Origin: Polyangiaceae bacterium
GTDB taxonomy: Bacteria > Myxococcota_A > Polyangia > Polyangiales > Polyangiaceae
NCBI GenBank assembly: GCA_965222375.1
Contig: CBDCTZ010000016.1
Location: 128,001 to 192,000, forward strand
Direction of reading: 5' to 3'
Length of the DNA stretch: 64,000 nt
In this document: piece after piece, positions 38,135-48,646 of the stretch
Layout of the letters: every line of letters starts with the position of its first letter
How positions within the stretch are numbered: the first letter of the stretch is position 1
Notes under the pieces: model-generated
Seen by the model: the letters and a program-made list of their open reading frames with translations, nothing else
Databases searched by the model: none
Told to the model about the DNA's origin: nothing
Translations under genes and position numbers: made by a program

Positions 38135-38986
38135 ATGGAGTCCAGCCCCTCGACAGGTGCGCATTTCAAGCGCAAGTTCAAACAAACCGTGCTCCCGCCC
38201 GCCAAACCACCCCTGACCCTGCGCCTGCGCGCCTGGCTGCCTTTTCTGGCCAGCGCCGTTTTGGCGGCTGTCGCGCTGCGCTTGGTCTGGGACGCGCCCT
38301 GGCTCGGCGCGATTCTAGCGGCCGCCGCGATCTACGTTTTCTGGTCGCGACGCCGGGAGCGCAACAAGCTGCGCTCCCTGGCGGCCAGTGGGCGGACCGA
38401 AGAACTAGTCCGGCAATGGGAAGGGGCGGTCAGCGATATGCCCCACGCCGAAACCCTGATCCCACTGATCCACGCGACCGCCTACACATCATCTGGGCTG
38501 ACGGATCGTGCTCGCGAGGCGCTGGAGCGCGGTGAGCGCTCCGGGTCCTGGGAGTCAGCGACCGAGCATCGCTTGATCGTCGAAACACTCCTGGATGCCT
38601 TCGAGGGCGAGCGCGAACTTGCCGTCGACAAGGCCGAACAGCTGCGGGGCATGCCCCTGCCCCCGGTGGGCCCAATGATGCGAGCGCGCATCGTCGAGCT
38701 CCGCCAAGCACTGCGCGCATTCACTCGTGCCTTTGCGCACCTTTCATCACCCCGCGACGCAGCGGTGTTGCGCGCCGCCGCCCGCAAGAATCCGCTGATT
38801 CACTGGCCCTTCCGCTATGCGGCCGCCGTCGTATGCATCGACCACGGCAAGCTCGCTGATGCGGACCGCTTGCTGCGCGGAGCTCCAGAGTGGCCCGACG
38901 ATTCCGCCTTCGCGTCGTTTCAGGAAGAGCTCCTACGGATGGCACATCCCGACGAAACAAAGCGAGCACCATCGTCGACGAGGTGA
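38135..38986 (+). CDS. Hypothetical membrane protein
   Basis: Two N-terminal TM helices followed by a helical domain. Confidence 0.7.
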   Translation: MESSPSTGAHFKRKFKQTVLPPAKPPLTLRLRAWLPFLASAVLAAVALRLVWDAPWLGAILAAAAIYVFWSRRRERNKLRSLAASGRTEELVRQWEGAVSDMPHAETLIPLIHATAYTSSGLTDRAREALERGERSGSWESATEHRLIVETLLDAFEGERELAVDKAEQLRGMPLPPVGPMMRARIVELRQALRAFTRAFAHLSSPRDAAVLRAAARKNPLIHWPFRYAAAVVCIDHGKLADADRLLRGAPEWPDDSAFASFQEELLRMAHPDETKRAPSSTR

Positions 38987-39014
38987 GTCTCCGCGGGTAA
39001 CATAGTCCCTATAG

Positions 39015-40421
39015 ATGCAGGACGATTCCGCCAAGCCCCCCGGCGGCAGCTTCGATATCCCGGATCTGGAATTGCCCGACGTTCCAGCTGCTCCAGCATC
39101 CGGGCCACGGCCACGTGCGGCGGCTCCGCCCGTCACGCCTGCACAGGATGACGATTTCGACTCCATCGCTGGCAGCGTGACCCTGGGCGGCGGTCGGGCC
39201 GAGGACGCCTTTGGTGGCGGCTTCGATGCGAGTCACTTTGACTCCTCCGCTGTAGTGGAAGACAGCGCGGCGGGAGCCGGCTTGGACGAGTTCGATGCGA
39301 GTCAGCCCGTGGGCGCCCTAGAGCTCGAATCGTCTCGCCCACCTGCGCCAGCAGCTGCAACACCGTCTGGCCCGAGCGCCGCTGCGGCGAGCCTCCACCC
39401 ACTGCAGAGCTTGCCTGTGGATCCAGCCCTCGCTGCCGAGGGATCTCGAGAGTACGGCCCGGCACCTCGCAGCATCTTTGTAGCGCCGGCGTACGCGATC
39501 CGCGTTCTGCTCAAGAAGCGCCAACTGCGACAACGCCTCCCGGCCCTGGACGCGAAACTCAACGACGGGGAATCCCGTCGCGATACCTTCCTCGCCGATC
39601 TCGCGCGCACACGCCGAGCTGCCATCGAGGGCGATGAGCGCTTTGCTGCCCCGATGAGTCGAGTCCGGGAGGCCGAGGGGCAGTTGCGAAACGGCAACCA
39701 AGCGCTGACCCTGGCGAAAAGCCAGATGGCGCAAGCCCAGGAGCAGTTCAAGCAGCAGACCCAGGGGCTCGGGGAAGCACTGGAATCCGCCAACGCCACT
39801 CTGAAGGTCTTTGGCGAAACCCAAGCCGCCGCTGAAACCGACCTCAAGCGCGCCGAGGCCAAACAGAAGCGGCTGATGATCGAGGCACGAAACGCCGTGC
39901 AGATAGCAACCGGCGGCCAGCCGGGCGTAGCCATTCCCCCCGACGTGCAGACGCGGGTGAGCCAACTGCAGGGCCAAACCGCCGCTCTGGAGCCGGAAGT
40001 CGCGGCGGCGCGTCAGGTGGTGGCTGACGCCATTCAGCAGACCCAAGCCGCAAAGCAGGCGCAGCAGCAAGCCGCTCAGGCGATGCAGGGCGCCGAGAAA
40101 CAGGCTGCCGCACAGCGCCAACAGCTTGAATCCCAACTGGCATCCCAGCAGGCCGCTACAGGCGACGCCGGCTCGAGGGTGACAGGAGCACTGGCGGATC
40201 TAGCGCGCGCGCTGCTGGCCGCCAGGGAATTGCCTCTGGACGACAACTTGAGTTCTCAGGTCCAGGCAGCCGAAAGCTACGTCGAGCAATGCAGGGCGGA
40301 CCACCAATATGTGCTCCGCGCCCTGGACGCGGCAGACGCAGAGGCGGTAAAGCGTGGCCTGCTAGTGATGGTGGCCGCCGCCCTCGGGGTCATTTTGCTC
40401 TTGATGTTGCTCCTGCGCTGA
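39015..40421 (+). CDS. Coiled-coil, tail-anchored hypothetical protein
   Basis: Acidic disordered N-terminus, long Gln/Ala coiled coil and C-terminal TM helix. Confidence 0.7.
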   Translation: MQDDSAKPPGGSFDIPDLELPDVPAAPASGPRPRAAAPPVTPAQDDDFDSIAGSVTLGGGRAEDAFGGGFDASHFDSSAVVEDSAAGAGLDEFDASQPVGALELESSRPPAPAAATPSGPSAAAASLHPLQSLPVDPALAAEGSREYGPAPRSIFVAPAYAIRVLLKKRQLRQRLPALDAKLNDGESRRDTFLADLARTRRAAIEGDERFAAPMSRVREAEGQLRNGNQALTLAKSQMAQAQEQFKQQTQGLGEALESANATLKVFGETQAAAETDLKRAEAKQKRLMIEARNAVQIATGGQPGVAIPPDVQTRVSQLQGQTAALEPEVAAARQVVADAIQQTQAAKQAQQQAAQAMQGAEKQAAAQRQQLESQLASQQAATGDAGSRVTGALADLARALLAARELPLDDNLSSQVQAAESYVEQCRADHQYVLRALDAADAEAVKRGLLVMVAAALGVILLLMLLLR

Positions 40422-40435
40422 CAACGGCTGACCCA

Positions 40436-41992
40436 CTACAGAGGCAGGTTGCCGTGCTTGCGCGGGGGATTGTCGGCGCGCTTGTTCTTGAGCATCGTCA
40501 GACAGGTTGCTAGGCGCTTTCGAAGCTCCCGGGGGTAGATCACCTCGTCCACAAAGCCCAGCTCCGCTGCCTTGTACGGATTGGCAAAGGTGCTCCGATA
40601 CTCATCGGCGAAGGACTTCGCCGCTGCCACCTTGTCCCCGGCTTCCGCGATCTCGTTACGATAGACGATGTTCACCGCGCCGTCCGGGCCCATCACGGCA
40701 ATCTCGGCCGTCGGGAAAGCGAAGTTGGCGTCACCCCGGATGTGCTTGCTGCTCATGACGTCGTAGGCGCCGCCATAGGCCTTGCGGGTGATGACCGTCA
40801 CCTTGGGCACCGTGGCCTCGCAGAACGCGTACAGCAGCTTGGCACCGTGAGTGATGATGCCGTTGTGCTCCTGATCCACACCGGGCAAGAACCCCGGCAC
40901 GTCCACGAAGGTGAGTATCGGCACGTTGAAACAATCGCAGAAGCGAACGAAACGCGCCGCCTTCACGCTGGCGTCGATGTCGAGAACCCCAGCGAGCATT
41001 GCCGGTTGGTTGGCCACCACGCCCACGGGTCGACCGCCGATTCGTGCGAATCCGCACACGATATTGCGGGCAAAGGACTCGTGGACCTGGACCAGGTGTT
41101 CGTGGTCCACCACGGCCTTGATGACGCGCGTGATGTCGTAGGGCTTGTTGCTCTCCGTCGGCACCATGTCGTCGAGCTCCGGGACCTCTCGGTCCACGGG
41201 GTCGTCACAGGGAATCACGGGAGGGTCTTCGGTGTTGTTCGAGGGCAGGAAGCCGAGCAACTCCCGAACCTGAGCCAAGCATGCCCGGTCATCCCCGGCG
41301 GTGAAGTGCGCCACTCCGCTTTGCGCGGCATGGGCCGAAGCACCGCCGAGCGCCTCCTTGGTGACCTCTTCGTGGGTCACGGCCTTGATCACGTCCGGTC
41401 CGGTAATGAACATGTAGCTGGTCTGCTCCACCATGAAGATGAAGTCCGTGATCGCCGGTGAGTACACGGCGCCCCCAGCACAAGGCCCCATTATGGCGCT
41501 GAGTTGGGGCACCACACCGCTCGCCAGGGTATTGCGCAGAAAGATATCCGCGTAGCCTGCTAGAGACTCGACACCCTCCTGAATTCGCGCACCCCCCGAG
41601 TCGTTCAGGCCGATCACGGGGGCGCCCACGCTCATCGCCAGGTCCATGATCTTGACGATCTTGGATGCATAGGCAGCAGAAAGGGAGCCGCCGAAAACCG
41701 TGAAGTCCTGGGCAAAGAGAAAGACCCGGCGTCCGTCGACGGTTCCGTGCCCGGTCACGACGCCATCACCCAGGACCTTCTGCTCCTGCATGTTGAAGTC
41801 GCTGCAGCGATGGGTCACGAAGCGATCCAGCTCGACGAAGCTGCCGGGGTCGAGCAATAGCTCGATGCGCTCCCGCGCCGTCAGCTTGCCCGCGGCGTGT
41901 TGCTTCTCGATGCGCCTCGCCCCGCCACCTTGGAGGGCTTGCTCGTTGAGTTCATCCAAGCGATTCAGTGCAGAGGAACCATGCTCAGCCAT
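40436..41992 (-). CDS. pccB: Acyl-CoA carboxylase carboxyltransferase (beta) subunit
   Basis: [38 protein letters not shown] and KHGNLPL. Confidence 0.93.
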   Translation of the reverse strand: MAEHGSSALNRLDELNEQALQGGGARRIEKQHAAGKLTARERIELLLDPGSFVELDRFVTHRCSDFNMQEQKVLGDGVVTGHGTVDGRRVFLFAQDFTVFGGSLSAAYASKIVKIMDLAMSVGAPVIGLNDSGGARIQEGVESLAGYADIFLRNTLASGVVPQLSAIMGPCAGGAVYSPAITDFIFMVEQTSYMFITGPDVIKAVTHEEVTKEALGGASAHAAQSGVAHFTAGDDRACLAQVRELLGFLPSNNTEDPPVIPCDDPVDREVPELDDMVPTESNKPYDITRVIKAVVDHEHLVQVHESFARNIVCGFARIGGRPVGVVANQPAMLAGVLDIDASVKAARFVRFCDCFNVPILTFVDVPGFLPGVDQEHNGIITHGAKLLYAFCEATVPKVTVITRKAYGGAYDVMSSKHIRGDANFAFPTAEIAVMGPDGAVNIVYRNEIAEAGDKVAAAKSFADEYRSTFANPYKAAELGFVDEVIYPRELRKRLATCLTMLKNKRADNPPRKHGNLPL

Positions 41993-42023
41993 GGGCGCGC
42001 GGTACCACGAGCCGCGAGGCGCG

Positions 42024-43160
42024 TCACGGGTCGAAGTAGTCCACATCTACTCCGCGAGGCGTACGAAAGCGGGTCACGCCGGGGCTTCGCTGCAGCACGT
42101 AGTCCGGCCCAACCGGCACCTTGCCGAAGCCCCCGGGTGTGTCGACGATCAACTTGGGCAGCGCGATACCGGAAAGTCGCCCCTGAAGCGCCTCCATCAG
42201 CTCGATACTTGCCGAAAGGGGCGTACGCAGATGCGCCGTGCCACGTACCGGATCCGCCTGCAGCAGGTAGTACGGGCGCACCCGCACTTTCACCAAACCG
42301 CGAAATAGTTTCGCCAAGGTCGCCGCGTCGTCGTTGACCCCATGCATCAAAACGGTGTGGTTCATGACCGGAAAGCCGCCGTCCGCCAGTCGCTCACAGG
42401 CCGAAAGCGCCGCCGGGTGCAGTTCCTTCGGGTGATTGAAGTGGGTCATGATCCAGATCGGATGATGTGGCCGCAGGGCTTGCACCAGCTCGTCGCTGAT
42501 CCGTGACGGCAAAACCACCGGAACCCGAGTCGCAATGCGGATGGTCTCGATGCTCGGGATCTGTCGCAGTGCCTCGAGCACAGTCGCAATCTTGTCAGTC
42601 TTGAGCATCAGAGGATCACCGCCACTGATGATCAGATCCCGCACTTCGGGATGCTCCCGCAGATAGGAAAGCGCTGGCGACAGGGCCTGCATGGATCGCG
42701 CTCCGCCCCCGGAACCCACCATGCGGCTACGAGTGCAAAACCGGCAGTACACTGCGCAGCGGTCCGTCAGCAAGAGCAGCGCACGATCCGGGTAGCGCTG
42801 GATCAACTCCGGGGCGACCTCATGAGCTTCTTCCCCGAGGGGGTCCCGCAGGTCTCCTGGCACCGTCTGCTTCTCGGCGGCAGCCGGCACGACCTGACGG
42901 CGGATTGGACAGTGGGGATCCTGCAGATCGATCAAGCTGAGGTAGTGCGGCGGAATCGCAATTGGAAAACCGTCGCGCTCGGCTTGGCGCGCCGCGCGTA
43001 GCTCGGGTTCGCTCAAAGACAGCGTCTCGTGCAGCCCATCCGCAGTGCGAATGGTCTCTCTGAGTTCACGCTGCCAGGACGGCGCGCTCAGGGTCCGAAG
43101 CAGCCGAGTGCTTTGGCTGCCAGCAGACGCATCATTTTTGGGGCGGAGGGGTTCCTCCAC
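42024..43160 (-). CDS. KamA/EpmB-family radical SAM aminomutase
   Basis: [26 protein letters not shown] and DTPGGFGK. Confidence 0.92.
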   Translation of the reverse strand: MEEPLRPKNDASAGSQSTRLLRTLSAPSWQRELRETIRTADGLHETLSLSEPELRAARQAERDGFPIAIPPHYLSLIDLQDPHCPIRRQVVPAAAEKQTVPGDLRDPLGEEAHEVAPELIQRYPDRALLLLTDRCAVYCRFCTRSRMVGSGGGARSMQALSPALSYLREHPEVRDLIISGGDPLMLKTDKIATVLEALRQIPSIETIRIATRVPVVLPSRISDELVQALRPHHPIWIMTHFNHPKELHPAALSACERLADGGFPVMNHTVLMHGVNDDAATLAKLFRGLVKVRVRPYYLLQADPVRGTAHLRTPLSASIELMEALQGRLSGIALPKLIVDTPGGFGKVPVGPDYVLQRSPGVTRFRTPRGVDVDYFDP

Positions 43161-44151
43161 TTGGAGCCTCCAGGCCGGGAACTTCGATCTTGTCGAGGGC
43201 CTTTTCGTCTACAGTGATCTTGAAGCGAGCCCGCAAGTCCTTTTCGAGGTCTTTCTCGAGCTTCTGCAGCTTCTCTTGCAGCAGCTGCACCCGAATACTG
43301 CGTTCGGCTTCGGCGAAGGTCCGCTCCCGAGCGTCCGTCTTGCCCGTCATACGCACGATGTGGAACTTGCCGTCGGATTCCACCACGGCGTCATGCACAC
43401 CGCCCACAGCGGAGATCTCGAAAACCGCTTTTCGCAACGCTTCGGGCACTCGAGGGTTGGCCGCTTTGTCGCCACTGCCAGGCGCACTCACGATGCCCAA
43501 GTCTCCGGCGAGCTCCAACGGCGCCGCGGGGCTGGGCTTGGGTGGCTTGGTGAGTGAGTTGTCGTGCACCAGCTTGCCCCACTGCATCGGGCTCGCCTTC
43601 TTGGCCTGGGGCAAGAGCTGCTCCGCCTTGGCCTTGTCCGCAAGGACGATGTGCGCCACGCGCCGGCGCTCGGGATCGCGATAGTCCGCCTTGTTCTTCT
43701 TGAAGTAGGCGCGAACCTCCGCCTCCGGGATGTCCTTGGGTGCAGGAAGCTCGGAGCGAACCGTGCGCAGGAGTTCATCCCGTAGGATTTGCCGAATGCG
43801 TGCTCGTGTTTCGGGTTTCTTGTCCAGACCGCGCTTGCGCGCCTCTCGCGCAAGCAGCTCCACCTTGATCATCTCGTCCAGGAGCAACTTGCGACGATCT
43901 TCGGACTGGTAGCGCAGGCGCTCGAACTGATCCATGCGCTCGATGGTCGCGGCGTACTCGCCGAGGGTGATCACGCGCTTGCCTACCGTGGCCAAGGGCT
44001 TCGCGGCCAGCTCCGGCGACAGCGCCTGGGGCACTGCGCTACCCGAAGTGGCGGGAGCCGGCGGAGTCAACGCCTTGTCCTCGCAACCTGAGCACCCAAT
44101 CGACAGCGACAGACAGAAGCCAACAGCTATGGAACGCAGAAAGCCGCTCAC
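43132..44151 (-). CDS. Parvulin/PpiC-type peptidyl-prolyl isomerase lipoprotein
   Basis: Lipobox; [14 protein letters not shown] and FHIV motifs. Confidence 0.85.
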   Translation of the reverse strand: MSGFLRSIAVGFCLSLSIGCSGCEDKALTPPAPATSGSAVPQALSPELAAKPLATVGKRVITLGEYAATIERMDQFERLRYQSEDRRKLLLDEMIKVELLAREARKRGLDKKPETRARIRQILRDELLRTVRSELPAPKDIPEAEVRAYFKKNKADYRDPERRRVAHIVLADKAKAEQLLPQAKKASPMQWGKLVHDNSLTKPPKPSPAAPLELAGDLGIVSAPGSGDKAANPRVPEALRKAVFEISAVGGVHDAVVESDGKFHIVRMTGKTDARERTFAEAERSIRVQLLQEKLQKLEKDLEKDLRARFKITVDEKALDKIEVPGLEAPSGGTPPPQK

Positions 44152-44279
44152 AGGGTTGCGTCTACTACGGTCCGTCCCGCCGCGCCAGAGGATGGGAATT
44201 CCAGCAGCCGCGCTGCAGCCCGAGGCTGGGGCAAGCCGGGCATTGCGCCGAGCACCACTGCCAGGTACGGATCCCGCTC

Positions 44280-45017
44280 GTGAAGGCTGAACCGAATTCC
44301 GACCTGAAATACAAGCGCGTCGTCATCAAGCTCTCCGGCGAGGCGCTGTGCGGCACCGAAGGCGGCTTTGGCATCGACACCACGACCCTGAAGAACACTG
44401 CCGAGGAGCTGGCGGAGGTGCACGCCACAGGCGTCCAAATCGGCATCGTGGTGGGCGGCGGAAACATCTTCCGCGGGCTCAAGGGGGCCAGCGAGGGCAT
44501 GGACCGCGCTCAAAGCGACTACATGGGCATGCTGGCCACGGTGATCAACTCGCTATCGCTGCAGGACGCCCTAGAGCGATGCGACGTGCCGACACGCGTG
44601 ATGACTGCCATCGAAATTCGTCAGGTTGCGGAGCCCTACATCCGGCGCCGCGCCATGCGCCATCTGCACCGCGGCCACGTCGTCGTCTTCGCCGCCGGTA
44701 CCGGCAACCCGTACTTCTCGACGGACACGGCGGCGTCCCTGCGCGCCATGGAGATCCGCGCCGACGCATTGCTCAAAGCCACGAAGGTCGAAGGTATCTA
44801 CGATCGTGATCCCCGGAAGCACGCAGGCGCCACGATGCTCAAGAACGTGAGCTTCGATCACTTCTTGACCGAGAACCTGAAGGTCATGGACGCTACGGCC
44901 GTCGCGCTGTGCCGAGACAACGGTTTGCCCATTCGGGTCTTCAAGATGATCCCCGGCAACATCAAGGCCGTGTGCCTCGGCGCGGAAATCGGTACCGCCG
45001 TCTCCGAAACCGAATAG
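44280..45017 (+). CDS. pyrH: UMP kinase
   Basis: [23 protein letters not shown] and [10 protein letters not shown]. Confidence 0.97.
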   Translation: MKAEPNSDLKYKRVVIKLSGEALCGTEGGFGIDTTTLKNTAEELAEVHATGVQIGIVVGGGNIFRGLKGASEGMDRAQSDYMGMLATVINSLSLQDALERCDVPTRVMTAIEIRQVAEPYIRRRAMRHLHRGHVVVFAAGTGNPYFSTDTAASLRAMEIRADALLKATKVEGIYDRDPRKHAGATMLKNVSFDHFLTENLKVMDATAVALCRDNGLPIRVFKMIPGNIKAVCLGAEIGTAVSETE

Positions 45018-45097
45018 TCCCCGCTTCGACCCGGCCATCGCCGGAGGGGCCGCGATCCCGCCGCGCAGCGGGGATTTCCAGTCCCTGGGGCCAGCGG

Positions 45098-45433
45098 TCA
45101 GGTTCGTTTCTGGGCGCACTCGACACACAGGGTGGTCGAAGGGTCGTGCTCCAGGCGGCGCTCGGGGATCGGCTCACCACAGTCCAAACAATCACCGAAC
45201 TCGTCGGCACCAATTCGCGCGAGGGCAGAGCGTGCTCGGGTCAGGCTCAGTTTTCGACGGCGCTGTGCCTCCGCGCTGATCGCCTGGCCCTGAATCGCAT
45301 CCATTCGTGACAGGCGGCCCACAGCGCTCTGGTCGAGCTGGGTGGGTTTGGCGGCCTCCCCGCCGAGGGCGATTTCTTCTTCGAGCTGCGCCACCTGCTC
45401 TTCGAGGCGCTTGCGGTAGTGCTCCAGATCCAT
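45098..45433 (-). CDS. TraR/DksA C4 zinc-finger protein
   Basis: GRLSRMDAIQ; CLDCGEPI..RRL...CVECA. Confidence 0.9.
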   Translation of the reverse strand: MDLEHYRKRLEEQVAQLEEEIALGGEAAKPTQLDQSAVGRLSRMDAIQGQAISAEAQRRRKLSLTRARSALARIGADEFGDCLDCGEPIPERRLEHDPSTTLCVECAQKRT

Positions 45434-45584
45434 ACGCGCGCCAGCATACCGCGCGAGCTTCTTGGGGCCAGCTCCCCGGGGCGGGCAGCGGCTGGAACAT
45501 CAACCTCGGGTTTGGGTTTGGGGGGATGGCGCAAACTTGGCGTCATCGACAGTTCGGCGCGGCGCGGCGCGGACGCATCACCTG

Positions 45585-46838
45585 CTACTTCACCGGTTCG
45601 GTCACCGGCGGGGCGCCTTTCCCGAGCTTCCAGCTGAGGTTGTCGATGATGACGCTGGAGTCGAGAATCATGTCGCCCATGTCCCAGATGGCGAAGCGAA
45701 CGGTGATCTCCTGACCCGGTGGCACCGGCGCACGGGTGTTGAGCCAGCCCGTCGCCGCGTGAGGACCCTTCCCACCGGTCTCGTCGAATCCAGTCCCAAC
45801 GAGCTCGCCGGGGCCCCGCGCACACGGAAAGTTCTTCCCGTTCGCAGTCTGGGCGTTGCACACCTCCAAGAAGCCGTTGTTGACGCTGACGGGGTTGCCC
45901 TGGCTATCGAAGGAGACATTTCCCGACTGGGCGTTGGCTGGCTCCGGGCTGACCAAAGCCACGAAGAAGTCGTTGTACTGCGTGCAGACGTAGATCGGGA
46001 ACTCGTAGGTATAGAAGCTGAAGTCGAAACTGAGCTCGTTGGCGTTGGTGGGCGTGCGAATAACGAGCTCGAGGGCCGCGGAGTCTCGCGCCGCCTTGTC
46101 GTTGGCGGTCGTCACGGAGCAGGCCGGCGAATCCTTCGGGAAACCGGGAGGCGCGGTGGCCTGGGTGTTCATCTCCGCTCCGCCGGGGCTCCTGTAGCCG
46201 ATGTCCCCAGGTCGACGCGCAGTTCCGCTCGAGAGCAACAGCATGTTGGTGCCCTCCCGCGGCGCGACATTCGGGCCGAAGCTCGGGACCAGACCGTGCG
46301 AGAGCGGGTTCATTCCCGGCGTGCCGTCGGCTTGCACGAACTTGGCGCTGACCAATCCCCAGCTCGGCCCGTTCGCTTTGCGGCAAAGCCCGATCACACG
46401 GGCCGCCACTTCGGGATCGCTATAGCCGATATCAAATGTCTGGGTGTCACAGCCCACGGGTTCGTCGTCGGGAGTGCCGCTGCAGTCTTCGTCGATGCCA
46501 TTGCCCGGAAAGTCATAGGCTCCGGGGTTCATTTGATCGCTACAGTCGTTGCAGTCGCCGCCTGCGGGAGTCACCCCATCGCCGTCCCCGTCAGCGTTGG
46601 GCGCCGGGTTGTCACAGGGCGGCGCAGTCGTGATGGGCCCACTGCCCCCGGAGCCTTTGGCGCCGGTTCCGATCACCGGGCCGCCCCCGGTCCCAATCGC
46701 CGTGCCGCCGCTGCCTGAAGAACCCCCGGAAACCTTGTTGCCACCGGAGCTGGCCGAGCAGGCTAGGAGCAGACCGCTACCCACCAAGACGACCCCAAAA
46801 CCCAAGGAACCAAACCAAGAACGCCTCACGCCGACCAT
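45585..46838 (-). CDS. Choice-of-anchor-L-like lipoprotein
   Basis: GGAGG RBS; LLAC lipobox; DGDGDG..DCND..NPGA..GNGIDEDC; YEFPIYVCTQYNDFF. Confidence 0.75.
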   Translation of the reverse strand: MVGVRRSWFGSLGFGVVLVGSGLLLACSASSGGNKVSGGSSGSGGTAIGTGGGPVIGTGAKGSGGSGPITTAPPCDNPAPNADGDGDGVTPAGGDCNDCSDQMNPGAYDFPGNGIDEDCSGTPDDEPVGCDTQTFDIGYSDPEVAARVIGLCRKANGPSWGLVSAKFVQADGTPGMNPLSHGLVPSFGPNVAPREGTNMLLLSSGTARRPGDIGYRSPGGAEMNTQATAPPGFPKDSPACSVTTANDKAARDSAALELVIRTPTNANELSFDFSFYTYEFPIYVCTQYNDFFVALVSPEPANAQSGNVSFDSQGNPVSVNNGFLEVCNAQTANGKNFPCARGPGELVGTGFDETGGKGPHAATGWLNTRAPVPPGQEITVRFAIWDMGDMILDSSVIIDNLSWKLGKGAPPVTEPVK

Positions 46839-46981
46839 GCTGACCTCCAACCCGAGGCAGCTCTGCAATCGCCGTTCCGAGCACGAAGCCCCACGAAATC
46901 GAGGGTTTTCAGGGTCAACGCCCAGAAGTTCCGGACGTTTTTGTGTTGGGTTCCGGACGGGGCCGCCGCGGGTGCCTGGGA

Positions 46982-48388
46982 TCAGCGCGGCGGGCCGGTC
47001 AGGGTCTGACAGCCCATCAGGATGTCGACGCTGCCGGTCCGAGTTGCCTTGAACGCGTCACAGGTCGCTGGACACATCACCATTCGCTTGGGGCTGCCGC
47101 CCTTGGCCGGATCCGAGTCGTAATACCAACCGCCGTGAGTGGAGTCGCACTGCGCCGAACTTGCCACGTAGCCAACGTAGGCGCTGCTGCCGCCCTTGGT
47201 GAACTTCACGTTGACCTTGCCGAAGTCCAAGGCCTCGCCACCCGCTGGCACCGGGACTTTGTACTCGCAAGGCAGCGCGGTTCCAGTGATGGTATCCAGG
47301 GCTTCGCGAAACTGCTTGGCCACATCTTGAGTGGTGTCGACGATGAACGCCTTCTGGGTGCCCCCAGCTTGAGCTATGGCGTCCAGATTCTTCGGTGCGT
47401 TGCCATCCTTTGGGCCAAACACGCCGATCACGAAAGTGCCCACCGCGGGCGAACCCTGATTGCCCTGGGAAGCGATCTGAGCGACTTGCGAGATGCCCGT
47501 CGGGTCACAGGACGTTGGCAGCCCGTCCGTCGCCAACACGACGACCACCTTGTGATCCGGATACTGCGCGGCGCGCGACTTCGCGTGATCGATGGCTCCG
47601 GCTAGAGCTGGCCCGGTCGGTGTATTGCCCTCGGGCGACAGTCCTTGCATCGCGCTGGCGATTTGGCCTCCATTCGCCGACAGGGGCGCGATGGCTACCT
47701 GGGGCTTGGCGTAGGCACCAGCTTCGCAGCTCGTCGCATTCATGCACACGCTGCTGGTGACCTTCTGACAACTGCCGCAACTGCCGCCGAAGGCGCCCGC
47801 GGGCATGCACAGCGAATTCGGATTGTTGGAACAGGTCCCGAGGCTCACGCACTGTCCAAGACCCGCGCAATCCGCCGAACTGCTACAACCCACGAGCTGC
47901 GAGGAACCCGAGCAGGCTTTCAACAAGCAAGGCCCGGCGGTTCCGCACGCGGCGTTGCTTGAGCACGAGCTCGGCGCCCCCGCCTTGCGCAGAGGAAAGA
48001 ACTGCAGGCCGACGTTCAGACCAGCCGCGAGAGGATCCGAAGCGAAACCGGAAACAGCTTGTTTGATGGCGTCCCACTTGGTGGGCCCGGCGCCGGTCTT
48101 GTCTTGCATCGATCCCGACGTGTCCATCATCACGTAGAGGTCGAGAGGTACTTGCTCCGCCTTCGCGGTTTCCACGGCGCAGGCAGACTCGTCCAAGCCC
48201 CCGGTGGCGCCGGTGCCCGTACCGTTGGCGCTGCCACCCACGTTGATGGTGGGTGAGCCTCCCTTGCCGCCGCCTCCGGAGCCGCCTTCGGCGACGGTGT
48301 TGTCGCCATCGTCGCCACCGCAACCGGCAGCCAGCAGTGCCGTGAGTGTTCCAATCGCCCCTAAACGAACCGTGACCCAAGCATTCAT
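46982..48388 (-). CDS. vWA-domain lipoprotein with Cys-rich insert
   Basis: LAAGC lipobox; MIDAS DTSGS, TPT and LATDG. Confidence 0.88.
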   Translation of the reverse strand: MNAWVTVRLGAIGTLTALLAAGCGGDDGDNTVAEGGSGGGGKGGSPTINVGGSANGTGTGATGGLDESACAVETAKAEQVPLDLYVMMDTSGSMQDKTGAGPTKWDAIKQAVSGFASDPLAAGLNVGLQFFPLRKAGAPSSCSSNAACGTAGPCLLKACSGSSQLVGCSSSADCAGLGQCVSLGTCSNNPNSLCMPAGAFGGSCGSCQKVTSSVCMNATSCEAGAYAKPQVAIAPLSANGGQIASAMQGLSPEGNTPTGPALAGAIDHAKSRAAQYPDHKVVVVLATDGLPTSCDPTGISQVAQIASQGNQGSPAVGTFVIGVFGPKDGNAPKNLDAIAQAGGTQKAFIVDTTQDVAKQFREALDTITGTALPCEYKVPVPAGGEALDFGKVNVKFTKGGSSAYVGYVASSAQCDSTHGGWYYDSDPAKGGSPKRMVMCPATCDAFKATRTGSVDILMGCQTLTGPPR

Positions 48389-48646
48389 GACAGCCTCCAG
48401 ACTTCAGCTTCAGCAAGCTGCGTACCGTCACACTGGAACCAAAATTGCCTAACGATTTCGCGTGCTTGCAAATTCGCTGCCCTCGTTTCTGGTCTGCTAC
48501 ACCCGACAGAAACGGTGGGATGCGCCAGACCGAGCGGGCCGCGCGGAGCCGGTTTGAACGCACCCGGTTGGCGCAGGGTGGAAATTGCCCCATGTGTTCA
48601 GTCCCCGACTGGCCGGACTGGGTTTGCGGGCTCGGAGCAACGAAAC

